A DNA stretch of 64,000 bases from an uncultured Gammaproteobacteria bacterium (GTDB lineage Bacteria; Patescibacteriota; Microgenomatia; UBA8517). The notes beneath the pieces are model-generated. The model saw nothing but the letters and a program-made list of their open reading frames with translations. It was not told the DNA's origin and made no database searches. The stretch lies in assembly GCA_964430475.1 (NCBI GenBank), contig CAYSEQ010000001.1, positions 92,951 to 156,950 of the forward strand, in the 5' to 3' direction. Of the stretch, positions 37,614-47,071 are shown one piece after another (the first letter of the stretch is position 1; every line of letters begins with the position of its first letter). Position numbers and translations under genes: made by a program.

Positions 37614-38584
37614 ATTTTTTCTAAAACCCTAAGTCTTGCACTTCGCGCTCTAGGGTTTTCCTTAATTTCCTCTTCTTTAGGTAAAATAGGCTTTTTCGTT
37701 ATCACTTTTCCTTCTTTCTTTTCTTCCAAAGTTTTGAAAAAGTGCTTAACTATCCTATCTTCACCCGAATGATAACTAATCACGACTAACCTTCCACCTC
37801 TATCAAGTAAATTAAAAGCCTTGGGCAAAGTTTTTTTTAAATTCTCAAGTTCACTATTAACCGCTATACGAAGGGCTAGGAAAGGCAGTGTAGCGGGATT
37901 TAAGTTGCGATGCTTAATCGTAGACTCTTTGATAATCTGCAAAAAATCACCAACCTTTTCAATACTTTTTAGCTTTCTTGTTTCAATAATTTTCCTCACA
38001 AGTTTTCTTGCAGATTTTAAATCCATTACCTCACCAAATAACTTAAGCAAGTTTCTCCTGTCTAAAAGTCTTAACAAATCTGAAGCCTTAACACCTTGAC
38101 CTTCGGGATCAAAACGCATGTCAAGAGGGTCGGACGGTCTATTAAAAGAAAAACCTCTGTTTTCTTTTTCAAGTTGATAAGACGATATCCCTAAATCGAA
38201 TAAAACCCCATTTACTTTTTCAAAACCAAATCGTTTTGCAATCCTATCAAGGCTCAAAAAATTACCTTTGACTAATTTGATATCGCCCCAAACCAAAGAT
38301 GTTTGGTTTGGGACAGGGCAGGCTTTTCTCTTTAAAGTTTGATCAGATAGGATTTTTTTAATTTCTTTTCTTGCTATACCAAGAGATTTTCTATCAGCTT
38401 CAATACCCAATACATGTCCGCCTCTTTCCCAGATTTTTATTGTATGCCCTCCCAAGCCAAGTGTGGCATCTATAAACTTTGCCCTAGGTTTTAAATGTGC
38501 AAGTTCATTTAGCTTTAAAGCTTCCAAAACTTCATCAACAAGTACTGGCCTATGTATTCCTTGACCTTTTCTTAAATATTCCAT
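37610..38584 (-). CDS. rsmH: 16S rRNA (cytosine1402-N4)-methyltransferase RsmH (MraW)
   Basis: FIDATLGLGGHT and FDLGISSYQLE. Confidence 0.9.
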   Translation of the reverse strand: MEYLRKGQGIHRPVLVDEVLEALKLNELAHLKPRAKFIDATLGLGGHTIKIWERGGHVLGIEADRKSLGIARKEIKKILSDQTLKRKACPVPNQTSLVWGDIKLVKGNFLSLDRIAKRFGFEKVNGVLFDLGISSYQLEKENRGFSFNRPSDPLDMRFDPEGQGVKASDLLRLLDRRNLLKLFGEVMDLKSARKLVRKIIETRKLKSIEKVGDFLQIIKESTIKHRNLNPATLPFLALRIAVNSELENLKKTLPKAFNLLDRGGRLVVISYHSGEDRIVKHFFKTLEEKKEGKVITKKPILPKEEEIKENPRARSARLRVLEKI

Positions 38585-39026
38585 GTTCTAACCACTTCTC
38601 TTCCTTCGCAATCTTCTCGATAGCCAGGGATGCCTTTTCTTCTGCGCTCTTTTCCAGATCAATCCACTTTTCTTTAGCCCATATTTCAACCCTATCCCCC
38701 AATCCAAGAAAGACTACCTCTTCCTTCAATCCAGCAAAATCTACTAAAACCTCAGGCAATACAAACCTTCCCTGACTATCTAGACTCACCTCAAAAGCTG
38801 ATCCCAAGATAAACCTATCGATATCCCTTATCGGGGAGATCACCAGATGGGTTCTACCGATAAGGCGATCTATTAGATTTTGCCAATTCTGTTTTGAAAC
38901 CAACACACAACACCCCTCGTACCACCTCGCGACTATCATCTCTGAACCCAACTCTTCCCTGAACTTTTTAGGTACTGCTACTCTATTTTTTTGTGTTAAT
39001 TTGCTAAAGTACTGCCCAATAAGCAT
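38550..39026 (-). CDS. mraZ: Transcriptional regulator MraZ
   Basis: The N-terminus LDSKGRV-like: MLIGQYFSKLTQKNRVAVPKKFREEL, with a duplicated MraZ domain, and ...DSQGRFVLP. Confidence 0.85.
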   Translation of the reverse strand: MLIGQYFSKLTQKNRVAVPKKFREELGSEMIVARWYEGCCVLVSKQNWQNLIDRLIGRTHLVISPIRDIDRFILGSAFEVSLDSQGRFVLPEVLVDFAGLKEEVVFLGLGDRVEIWAKEKWIDLEKSAEEKASLAIEKIAKEEKWLEHGIFKKRSRNT

Positions 39027-39064
39027 TGAGTGTTAAGGGCAGTTTTGAGAATATTTTATACTAT

Positions 39065-39074
39065 ATTCACCACT
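39065..39074 (-). promoter_or_regulatory. Copy 1 of an exact 10-mer ATTCACCACT (minus-strand AGTGGTGAAT). Candidate MraZ operator box, proximal.
   Basis: An exact direct repeat also found at 39127..39136. It contains a GTGGTG core resembling the MraZ-box GTGG motif. Confidence 0.35.
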
Positions 39075-39081
39075 TTTAACC

Positions 39082-39110
39082 ATTTTTATACATTATTAAC
39101 AGAATGTCAA
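39082..39110 (-). promoter_or_regulatory. Putative mraZ promoter (minus strand): TTGACA at 39105-39110, with an A/T-rich -10 around 39082-39090
   Basis: A consensus -35 hexamer lying between the two boxes. The -10 spacing is ambiguous (14-17 nt). Confidence 0.3.
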
Positions 39111-39126
39111 GATGATATTCTTTAAA

Positions 39127-39136
39127 ATTCACCACT
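39127..39136 (-). promoter_or_regulatory. Copy 2 of the ATTCACCACT box, distal, upstream of the -35
   Basis: An exact 10/10 match to copy 1. Confidence 0.35.
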
Positions 39137-39213
39137 AAAAGAACAAAAAATGGCAAGTAAAAGATTAATTAAGCATTATGTAGCTCTATTTTTATGAAGT
39201 TCCTTAACTTAAG

Positions 39214-39972
39214 CTAGTTACTTTCGGAGACACCAATGATGATCAACTTGTCTAGAGTTTTTGAGATTGGATCTTTCGACCAACTTTTACTTTCTTCATC
39301 CCAACGATAAATTTCTGCTCCACTTTCTAGAACCTCATTTTCAACCTGAAATCTACCTGAAGCAAAAATTCCATAAGGACCCGAAACTATATTCGCAGGA
39401 TTAAAAGAAGGTAGACCAACAGTCTGCATGGTTACAAAATAAGTTCCCTTAGGAGAAGATTTACTAAGCTTAATCTTTAAGACTCCGTCAATGCTAGTCA
39501 AGGTATCCACACCTTTCTGCATATGAAATTCAGTCTCAAATTTTGATAAAAGTTTCCCCTCAGCATTCCTAAACTTCAGTGTCAACTTCCCTACTTCTAC
39601 GCCCTCATCGTACCTAAATTTCCCCGAAGACTCGCTTCCTAAAAGAAGATCCGTTTCAAAAAAACTTTTGTCTTTAATATCCACCGTGCCTGGAACACCC
39701 TGAGTAACTTTTTCCTTTGTCTCATAAAGAAGCTCGTAGTCAAGCGAAGATCCCAATTTTGACATATTTTCTATCCTTAACTTTAGATAATGTCCATCAC
39801 TCGTGGGTGTGAGGGAAACGAATGGCCTATCCTTTAGAGGGACATCAAGAAGTGCACTCTCTTCTTCTTGATTTTGTACTTCAGGAGTGTTTTTTTTATT
39901 AACGAAAAATAATACCACTACGATTGATATTATACCTAGCAGTAAAAGAACGAGCTCTAAATATTTTCTCAT
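39214..39972 (-). CDS. Hypothetical secreted or membrane-anchored protein
   Basis: An N-terminal TM/signal MRKYLELVLLLLGIISIVVVLFFV, then a beta-rich domain. Confidence 0.4.
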   Translation of the reverse strand: MRKYLELVLLLLGIISIVVVLFFVNKKNTPEVQNQEEESALLDVPLKDRPFVSLTPTSDGHYLKLRIENMSKLGSSLDYELLYETKEKVTQGVPGTVDIKDKSFFETDLLLGSESSGKFRYDEGVEVGKLTLKFRNAEGKLLSKFETEFHMQKGVDTLTSIDGVLKIKLSKSSPKGTYFVTMQTVGLPSFNPANIVSGPYGIFASGRFQVENEVLESGAEIYRWDEESKSWSKDPISKTLDKLIIIGVSESN

Positions 39973-40066
39973 CTTACCTAAAAAAGATTAACCTATTTTT
40001 TCTTTGAAATTCAAGTGTCTAAAAATATTTATCAAAGTAAAAATTCAACCTTGAGCACACATTACC

Positions 40067-41476
40067 TTACAATTTTTCATTAAACCAATCTTCAAGTTTA
40101 GCTATACTAACCCTCTCTTGTTTTTTAGTATCTCTATCTCTTATAGTTACACTATCATCTTTCAATGACTGAAAATCAATGGTCACACACCAGGGTGTTC
40201 CTATTTCATCTTGAGAAAAGTATCTTTTACCAATATTGCCTCTGTCATCCCATGCCACATAGAAATCTTTTGAAAGAATCTCAAAAACATTTCTAGCTTT
40301 GTCTATAAGTTCCTCTTTATTCGAAAGAAGTGGAAAAACAGCAACTTTATATGGAGAAAGTTGAGGATGGAGGGACAAAATCACTCTTTCTTTTTCCTCC
40401 CTATAAGCATCCAAAAGAAAAAATAGTACTGCCCTATCAACACCTCCTGATATTTCAATCACCCACGGAACATATTCTTTTTTAGTTTCTGGATCTTTGT
40501 AAACTAGACCATGCCTGCTAAGATCCCAATCTCCCCTGTGATGAATACCCTCAAATTCCTTCCAACCAAATGGAGAGTTGTATTCAATGTCGGTTGCAAA
40601 TCGGGCATAATGCGCTCTTTCTTTTTCTTCATGATCCCTAAAGCGCAAATTCTTCTCACTTATACCTAGTTTTATATACCAATCTAATCTTTCTTTTTTC
40701 CAATACTCAAAGGTTTCACTTGCTTTTTTATCGTCGGGAGGGATAAAATACTCCAACTCCATTTGCTCAAATTCCCTACTTCTGAAGGTAAAGTTTCCTG
40801 GAGTGATTTCGTTTCTAAACGCCTTACCAATTTGGGCTACGCCAAAAGGAATCTTTACCCTTGTTGATTTAACTATATTCTGAAAGTTAACAAAAACACC
40901 CTGTGTAATTTCACCACGAAGATACGCCTTTTGTTTAGGTTCGGTTGTCCCAAGATATACCTCAGTTAAGAGATTGAACAATTTTGGATCAGTAAATTCG
41001 TGAGATTCGGTACAACATGGACATAAGATTTTGTTTTCAGACTTAAAAAGATAATAAGCCTTCTTGGCCGCTGATTGTGAGTTTGGCTCCTGATTACCCC
41101 GTTTGGATTTGTAAAAATCCTGCCATCTTTCCAGCCAATATTTTTCCTCAATAGTCCTGTCTTGAAGCTCGGCAAAATGGTCAGCCCTAAACCTTGCGTG
41201 ACAATTTTTGCATTCAACAAGAGGATCTGTGAAAGCCTCAAGATGTCCGGAAACCTTCCAAACCTCAGGGTTCATGATTATCGCCGCGTCTATTCCCAAA
41301 ACATCTTCCCTTGAATAGACCATATCTTTCCACCAAATTTTTTTGATATTGTTTTTAAGCTCAACCCCAAGTGGACCGTAATCCCAGAAACCCGCTAACC
41401 CCCCATATATTTCGCTACCTGGATAGATAAACCCTCTTCTTTTAGCAAGCGAGGAAACTTTTTCTAATAAATTCAT
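40067..41476 (-). CDS. glyQS: Glycyl-tRNA synthetase (alpha2 type)
   Basis: RGFIYPGSEIYGGLAGFWDYGPLGVELKNN is the diagnostic GlyRS N-terminus. Class II motifs are present. Confidence 0.85.
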   Translation of the reverse strand: MNLLEKVSSLAKRRGFIYPGSEIYGGLAGFWDYGPLGVELKNNIKKIWWKDMVYSREDVLGIDAAIIMNPEVWKVSGHLEAFTDPLVECKNCHARFRADHFAELQDRTIEEKYWLERWQDFYKSKRGNQEPNSQSAAKKAYYLFKSENKILCPCCTESHEFTDPKLFNLLTEVYLGTTEPKQKAYLRGEITQGVFVNFQNIVKSTRVKIPFGVAQIGKAFRNEITPGNFTFRSREFEQMELEYFIPPDDKKASETFEYWKKERLDWYIKLGISEKNLRFRDHEEKERAHYARFATDIEYNSPFGWKEFEGIHHRGDWDLSRHGLVYKDPETKKEYVPWVIEISGGVDRAVLFFLLDAYREEKERVILSLHPQLSPYKVAVFPLLSNKEELIDKARNVFEILSKDFYVAWDDRGNIGKRYFSQDEIGTPWCVTIDFQSLKDDSVTIRDRDTKKQERVSIAKLEDWFNEKL

Positions 41477-41528
41477 ATCTAAATTATAACCTTAAGCAAA
41501 AGTGTACGCTAGGATAAATCTAAAATAT

Positions 41529-42644
41529 TTATTCCTTTTGATTTTCTTCTCCACTTTGCAATTCAGGAAAATCCAATCCCTTGATTTGAAAGGCTGATGA
41601 GCCTATACGACCTTGAATTGAACCCACAACATTTGCCGTTGAAGTAATCATTCTCCTAATCTGACCTTCGCGTTGCTTCCACAATCTCTCATACAAGGCT
41701 CTTTCCTTTTCAAGTTCTATTTGCATCTCGGAATATACTTCTACTAAAGCTTCGAGCTGCTGCCGAAATTCATGAGAGGTTACATATTCGTAAAGATATT
41801 CAGCCTTTTCTTCTCTATGGGCAGAAAGCGCCTTTTGAAAAGCGATATCCAGTAGATTTTTTCTAAGCAGAGTAGCAAGAGGAAGAACCAACGAAAAAGA
41901 GACAACCCAAACCCCATCTTTTAATCCAAAACCTGTTTGGATCTCTTTGGGAAAAACTGAACTAACTATCACAGGGATATTCGCTTTTTCGCTCCTCAAA
42001 TCGTTTTTAAGTTTTGCAATCCATTTATCATCCCAATTTTTTGTCCTTTTCGTCTCCCATAAAATGACGCCACAAACATATCCCTTTGGGCTTTTTACTA
42101 TTTGTCTAATATCTGCGCCCTTAATTCCTTTACCTACAGGTTCAATTTTGTCGTTGGGAAAAGTCTCTCTAAGTGTAGACTCTACATCAAGCTCTAACAC
42201 CTCACCCTGAAGCTGTTGCGAACCTATCTGTGCTTTTCTTAATGCCTCTTCAAGCTGAGATTGAAGGTCTTGAATTTTTTTATCCTTCTCCAAATCTTTA
42301 AGCCGGTGTTCCTCATAGGCTCTTTTCAAGACAGCTTCTTCAATCCTTTTCCTTTCCTCATCAATTTTCCTTTGTAATTCAAGCTCTAGTTCCTTCTCCC
42401 GATCTTCCAGTTTTCTTCTTTCCTCTCTAAGTTTTAACTCTTCTTCCCTTAGTCTATCCAATTTAATATCTTTTTCTTTAAGTTGTCTTTTGAGATCTTC
42501 AATCTCGGTAACATGCCTTTCCTCAATCTCCTTACTAATCTTTTCCTTAAGTTCACTTCTTAACTCCTGCTCTATTTCCTGCCTAAGAGCGTCTTTGATC
42601 TTTATCTCTCCACCGCAATAGGGGCATTTAAGTAATATGGACAT
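41529..42644 (-). CDS. Zn-ribbon / long coiled-coil / C-terminal PD-(D/E)xK-like domain protein (DUF2130-like)
   Basis: CPYCGG at the N-terminus, about 130 aa of E/K/R-rich coiled coil, and a C-terminal GAD...VILWETK (D...ExK pattern). Confidence 0.5.
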   Translation of the reverse strand: MSILLKCPYCGGEIKIKDALRQEIEQELRSELKEKISKEIEERHVTEIEDLKRQLKEKDIKLDRLREEELKLREERRKLEDREKELELELQRKIDEERKRIEEAVLKRAYEEHRLKDLEKDKKIQDLQSQLEEALRKAQIGSQQLQGEVLELDVESTLRETFPNDKIEPVGKGIKGADIRQIVKSPKGYVCGVILWETKRTKNWDDKWIAKLKNDLRSEKANIPVIVSSVFPKEIQTGFGLKDGVWVVSFSLVLPLATLLRKNLLDIAFQKALSAHREEKAEYLYEYVTSHEFRQQLEALVEVYSEMQIELEKERALYERLWKQREGQIRRMITSTANVVGSIQGRIGSSAFQIKGLDFPELQSGEENQKE

Positions 42645-42653
42645 AAGTGCCTT

Positions 42654-43217
42654 TTATTCTACCACACTCCTTTCTTGAAGAAGCCTTTTTCCAACTCTTA
42701 TGGAAGTAATTTCCCTTTCTAATATTTCGCTTAAAATTTCGTCTGGTTTTTCCATACTCTTACCTTCGGGCCAAAATCCAAGGATTACAAGGACCTTGTA
42801 AATAAAGTCTTTTCTTAAACTTTTTAACCTGCTTGTGCTAGTTAATGTCTTAAGGGTATCCAATAACAAAAGGTAGAGCTTTTGATTTTTTTCTTCAAAA
42901 TTAGTAAGTTTTAAAATAGTCTCTAAAACAAAATAGCCTACAGCCAGTCTTTTCAAATCTGATTTTAATTCCGCAAAAGACCTGATTATTTGAACCTCTG
43001 TCATTAAACTAATGCCCTTTGATTTATTAGCGGAAAATTTTACCTGACTGAAAACCTCTATATGTCCTCTTTTTCGACTTGTTGGTTTGCGTACACCCTT
43101 AGCTAAAACCTCTAATTTTCCAAAATTCTTGGTGTAAAGAAAAAGGATTCTATCAGCCTCACCAAAATTTTTCCTTTTAAGAACTACTGCTTCTGAGGAA
43201 AATTTACGAGGTAGCAT
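42654..43217 (-). CDS. recO: DNA repair protein RecO (short form)
   Basis: The N-terminal OB fold SEAVVLKRKNFGEADRILFLYTKNFGKLEVLAKGVRK matches the RecO N-terminus. Confidence 0.5.
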   Translation of the reverse strand: MLPRKFSSEAVVLKRKNFGEADRILFLYTKNFGKLEVLAKGVRKPTSRKRGHIEVFSQVKFSANKSKGISLMTEVQIIRSFAELKSDLKRLAVGYFVLETILKLTNFEEKNQKLYLLLLDTLKTLTSTSRLKSLRKDFIYKVLVILGFWPEGKSMEKPDEILSEILEREITSIRVGKRLLQERSVVE

Positions 43218-43231
43218 AAAAAATACTAAAC

Positions 43232-45232
43232 CTAAATTTTAACTTTAATTTCCTTGTCGGTTTTAAGATAAAACTCTTGCATTTTTTTACCTAAGGTTAA
43301 GCTATATAAGGGAGAATCCCTACCGGGTTGTTTTTGGATATATATCTTGTAAACCTGATCAAACTTTTGAGGTAGTTCATATTTAACTTTTACCTCTACT
43401 ATACCCTGGGGTCTCAATTCAAAAAAACCTGAAAAGACCGTCTTGCCAAACTCTTCGTAAGGATCCTTTTTCTCTTGCAGTCCTTCAAGGCTTAATAACT
43501 TACTGCCTTTTGGTACATAGATCCTTACCCAATTTGGAAGAACGCTATTAAGCCAGCCATCATGCCTCATTGGATTTTTGTAAATAATACTCAAAACTTT
43601 CACTACACTACCATCTTCTCTAATTTCAACTTCTTGGTTTACTTCCTGGGTAACATATAGGTTTGATTTTCGACCTCCAAGATTAGCATCGTTTATCATA
43701 AGAAAATCCCCATCGTAGTCATTGATCCTTCCAGCTATTCCGAAACTCTCCAGAGCATGTTGAACCTTTTCATCAAACATAAAAATAAGTATGTGCTTTT
43801 CAAAAATAGATCGAAGAAGCGCGTTGAAAAGGGCAGGTAATTTACTTGTTGGTAAACCCAATGTATCTTTCAAAATAGTATTCATCATCGGACCTATGAT
43901 TTTCTTGCGATTGTCGAAGTTCGGTGGTGCGTACACAATCTTACCAGGCTCATTTTCACTCCAAACGATAGGTCCTTCCAGATCCGCAAAACTTTCTAAC
44001 TCATACACCACCTGCGGACAATTACACAACTCAACAATATTATTTGAATAACCTCCGTATCCCGGAACTTGTATTTCGCCCAAAACATCAAGAATATTTA
44101 CGAGTGTAAAAGTATCCACTGCGATAACTCCATCAATGTTTTTAATTCCAGCCGATGCTGCTTCTCTCGTAAAAAGTTGCATGGACTCAAAAAAGTCAGG
44201 CGACCAATTCATATCTCTTAACCTATAATTTTTTGATATCAAATAGGGACCTTTTATGTATTTTCTCAATACCTCAGGAGCTTCAACTTTTGGTTTATAA
44301 AGATTGTCAAGATTATATATATCATTCGAAGATATAGGCTCAATTATCCCATTTTTTACCTTCGCTATTGAGTAGGCTGTGATAAAACCTCCAGTTGGGC
44401 GAAGTTCCTTGTCATTTTGAAAAATTAGTAGATATCTTCTTTCGCTGTCTAAACCCAAAAGGTAAGGGATAACTTCAAGTAAAGGCTTTCCTCTAATGAC
44501 AAAATTTGATCCTAACTCCACCAGCTCTTTCCCCTTCTCAATCCTATCCCTTATCGGCAGACCAAACATTTTCTCAGGATATCTGGCTGGATCTATATAA
44601 TCGACTTCTTGTTTTAGAAGAGAAACCTTAGTCGAGATTACACCAGACTTTGAGATCAGATCAGGAAGCGATTCTATAATGAACCCAATCGTGTCATAAG
44701 TGCTTTTTCTATCTGGCACCTCTCCCTGAGCATTTTTAAAACCGATAATGTAGGCGTAAGGCGAAACGGTTTCAACTAAAAGGTCTGTTGTCTCAACGCC
44801 ATAAATCCCGGCATTTATTATATGAGAGGCATCGGAAACATAAGTACCCACAAGCGGAAGAAACTTTAACCATCCTACATATTTGAATACCTTTTGGGTT
44901 TCAATAAGGGTATTCTTTACATCTTTTAATTCCCCTTTTATTTTTACGAGATCTTTTTCATCTAAAGCCTGATTTAGTTTTTGTAAGGAACTTTCCAAAG
45001 ACTTGGCATTAAGATAAATCTTGTAAAAACCTATCCCAAACATAAATGCCGTCAGGACAATAAAAAAAAGGATAATCAGTCCTATTTTTCTAAGATTTAA
45101 ACTCCGAAAAGAAACCCAAAAGCTCCTTTTTCTTAATTTCTCGGACTTTCTCTCTTCCATATTAAAGGTGGTTTCCAAATCAGTTGAATTCTCAGAAACC
45201 TCTACACTTTTTATTTTCCTAAACTCAACCAT
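43232..45232 (-). CDS. DUF4012-like large extracytoplasmic protein with an N-terminal TM anchor
   Basis: RRYLLIFQNDKELRPTGGFITAYS and SPDFF segments match what I remember of DUF4012. It is immediately adjacent to a phosphoglycosyl transferase, as is typical. Confidence 0.5.
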   Translation of the reverse strand: MVEFRKIKSVEVSENSTDLETTFNMEERKSEKLRKRSFWVSFRSLNLRKIGLIILFFIVLTAFMFGIGFYKIYLNAKSLESSLQKLNQALDEKDLVKIKGELKDVKNTLIETQKVFKYVGWLKFLPLVGTYVSDASHIINAGIYGVETTDLLVETVSPYAYIIGFKNAQGEVPDRKSTYDTIGFIIESLPDLISKSGVISTKVSLLKQEVDYIDPARYPEKMFGLPIRDRIEKGKELVELGSNFVIRGKPLLEVIPYLLGLDSERRYLLIFQNDKELRPTGGFITAYSIAKVKNGIIEPISSNDIYNLDNLYKPKVEAPEVLRKYIKGPYLISKNYRLRDMNWSPDFFESMQLFTREAASAGIKNIDGVIAVDTFTLVNILDVLGEIQVPGYGGYSNNIVELCNCPQVVYELESFADLEGPIVWSENEPGKIVYAPPNFDNRKKIIGPMMNTILKDTLGLPTSKLPALFNALLRSIFEKHILIFMFDEKVQHALESFGIAGRINDYDGDFLMINDANLGGRKSNLYVTQEVNQEVEIREDGSVVKVLSIIYKNPMRHDGWLNSVLPNWVRIYVPKGSKLLSLEGLQEKKDPYEEFGKTVFSGFFELRPQGIVEVKVKYELPQKFDQVYKIYIQKQPGRDSPLYSLTLGKKMQEFYLKTDKEIKVKI

Positions 45233-45898
45233 CTATACAGCTCCTTTCCCAGAAATCATTGCCCAAGGGGTTTTTAAGATAATAAGAATATCAAAAAGGA
45301 GACTTTTTTTCCTTGCATAATAGGCATCCATCTGAATTCTTTTGTCAAAATTCACCTCACTTCTTCCAGATACCTGCCAATATCCCGTTATTCCTGGTTT
45401 TACTTTCAAAACTTCCTTTACCAATTCTTTGGTATGAGGATATCTTTTTTGCTGTTCTCTCAATTCATCAGGATAATAAGCCCTAGGACCAACAATACTC
45501 ATCTCTCCTTTTAAAACATTTATAAATTGAGGCATCTCATCTATTGAAAACCTCCGAATTATTCTACCTACCTTTGTGACCCTTGGATCTTTAAAAAGCT
45601 TATAACTTGAAGCTTTGTACTCTTTATAGAGCTCTTTAAACCTAGGATCTTTCTTCATAAGATAATGGGCGTTGACAATCATCGACCTGAATTTATATAG
45701 GCGAAATAGCTTTCCATTCTTGCCCACACGTGGCGGAATATCTGCAAAAACCGGACCTGGCGAGGTCAACTTTATTAGTAAAGCAGTTGTCAAAAGAATA
45801 GGAGAAAAAATGATAATAAGAAAAATTGATCCAAATATATCTATCGTTCTTTTAGTTATATTATAAAAAGAACTTAGGTCCTCGCTCGAAAAAATCAT
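45233..45898 (-). CDS. Initiating polyprenyl-phosphate sugar phosphotransferase (bacterial sugar transferase, WbaP/WcaJ C-terminal-domain type)
   Basis: KRTIDIFGS...TSPGPVFADIPPRVGKNGKLFRLYKFRSM...DEMPQFINVLKGEMSIVGPRA. Confidence 0.85.
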   Translation of the reverse strand: MIFSSEDLSSFYNITKRTIDIFGSIFLIIIFSPILLTTALLIKLTSPGPVFADIPPRVGKNGKLFRLYKFRSMIVNAHYLMKKDPRFKELYKEYKASSYKLFKDPRVTKVGRIIRRFSIDEMPQFINVLKGEMSIVGPRAYYPDELREQQKRYPHTKELVKEVLKVKPGITGYWQVSGRSEVNFDKRIQMDAYYARKKSLLFDILIILKTPWAMISGKGAV

Positions 45899-45961
45899 AA
45901 TCGGGCAGAATATTATAATATGTCAAGCCTTAGTAAATCATACCAAAAAATTAAAAATCTT

Positions 45962-47047
45962 CTATTCAACATATTCCTTTTTACTTTTTTCTAGATTCCT
46001 AAAAACCTCTTTGACTAAATCAGTCTTATCTAGCCTACATACAAGAAGACCATCCTCGGTATCAACTACAGCAATATTGGAAAGACCTATCAAGGCAATA
46101 ACCTTTCCTTTTGGCCCTATAATGAGGTTATCTTGAGAATCAATAAACTCTGTATCCACGCCACCCTCAACAACAGTTTTTACATTTTTAGTAATTAAGG
46201 ATTTGTAAAAAAGTTCCCATGTCCCTGCATCTTCCCAACCAACCTCAACAGGAATAACCGCACGTTTATCTTTGGGCATTTTCTCAAAAATCGCATATTC
46301 AACAGACTCTTTTTTAAATTTATGATATTCGGCCTTAAGTGTCCGTTCCCAACGAGGAGTTCCCCAAGCTTCAGCAATCTTTTGGAGTCCTTCCCACATT
46401 TCAGGCTCATATTCTTGATAAAAGGAAAGCATAACATCTGATCTCCAGGCGCGATAGCCTGTATTTATAAGCCACTTTTTAGATCTGAAAAGTTTTTCAG
46501 CTAAAGCTTTTTTAGGCTTCTCAATATGCTTTACGATTTCAACCAGTTTATGACCGTCTATACGCTCAATTGTCCTCCCCAGTTTCACCCATCCGTGATG
46601 GACAGACGGATAAGTAGGTTTTTCATCAACCGAAACTATCAGACTTTTTTTGTTCGCATACTCTCCTGCTAAGACAACAGCTTTAAGAAAGTCCATTTCC
46701 TTTGCTATAAAGTGATCGGACCAGGAAACCATCATTACTTCAGCGGGGAATATTTTATTGATAATTGCTGTTGCCAATCCTACTGCGCCAAGATTGTCTC
46801 TTCTTTCAGGCTCCGCGATTATATTCTTCTTAGGAATCTCGTGGGCTTGAACTCTAACATAAGGAATGTAAACTTCCTCGGTTGAAATAAATATATCCTC
46901 GGGCTTAAAAACCTTCAAAAATCTTGAAAGAGTAAGCTGAAAAAATGACTTTCCTTTAACGAGAGGATAAAACTGTTTAGGATAGCTTTTCCGGCTTACC
47001 GGCCACATTCGGGTGCCGTATCCGCCGCAAAAAATTACTATTTTCAT
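45962..47047 (-). CDS. Mannose-1-phosphate guanylyltransferase-like sugar nucleotidyltransferase
   Basis: IFCGGYGTRMWPVSRKSYPKQF, IIAEPERRDN, SDHFI and AGTWE. Confidence 0.65.
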   Translation of the reverse strand: MKIVIFCGGYGTRMWPVSRKSYPKQFYPLVKGKSFFQLTLSRFLKVFKPEDIFISTEEVYIPYVRVQAHEIPKKNIIAEPERRDNLGAVGLATAIINKIFPAEVMMVSWSDHFIAKEMDFLKAVVLAGEYANKKSLIVSVDEKPTYPSVHHGWVKLGRTIERIDGHKLVEIVKHIEKPKKALAEKLFRSKKWLINTGYRAWRSDVMLSFYQEYEPEMWEGLQKIAEAWGTPRWERTLKAEYHKFKKESVEYAIFEKMPKDKRAVIPVEVGWEDAGTWELFYKSLITKNVKTVVEGGVDTEFIDSQDNLIIGPKGKVIALIGLSNIAVVDTEDGLLVCRLDKTDLVKEVFRNLEKSKKEYVE

Positions 47048-47071
47048 TTAACAATTAAATCTATATAAAAC

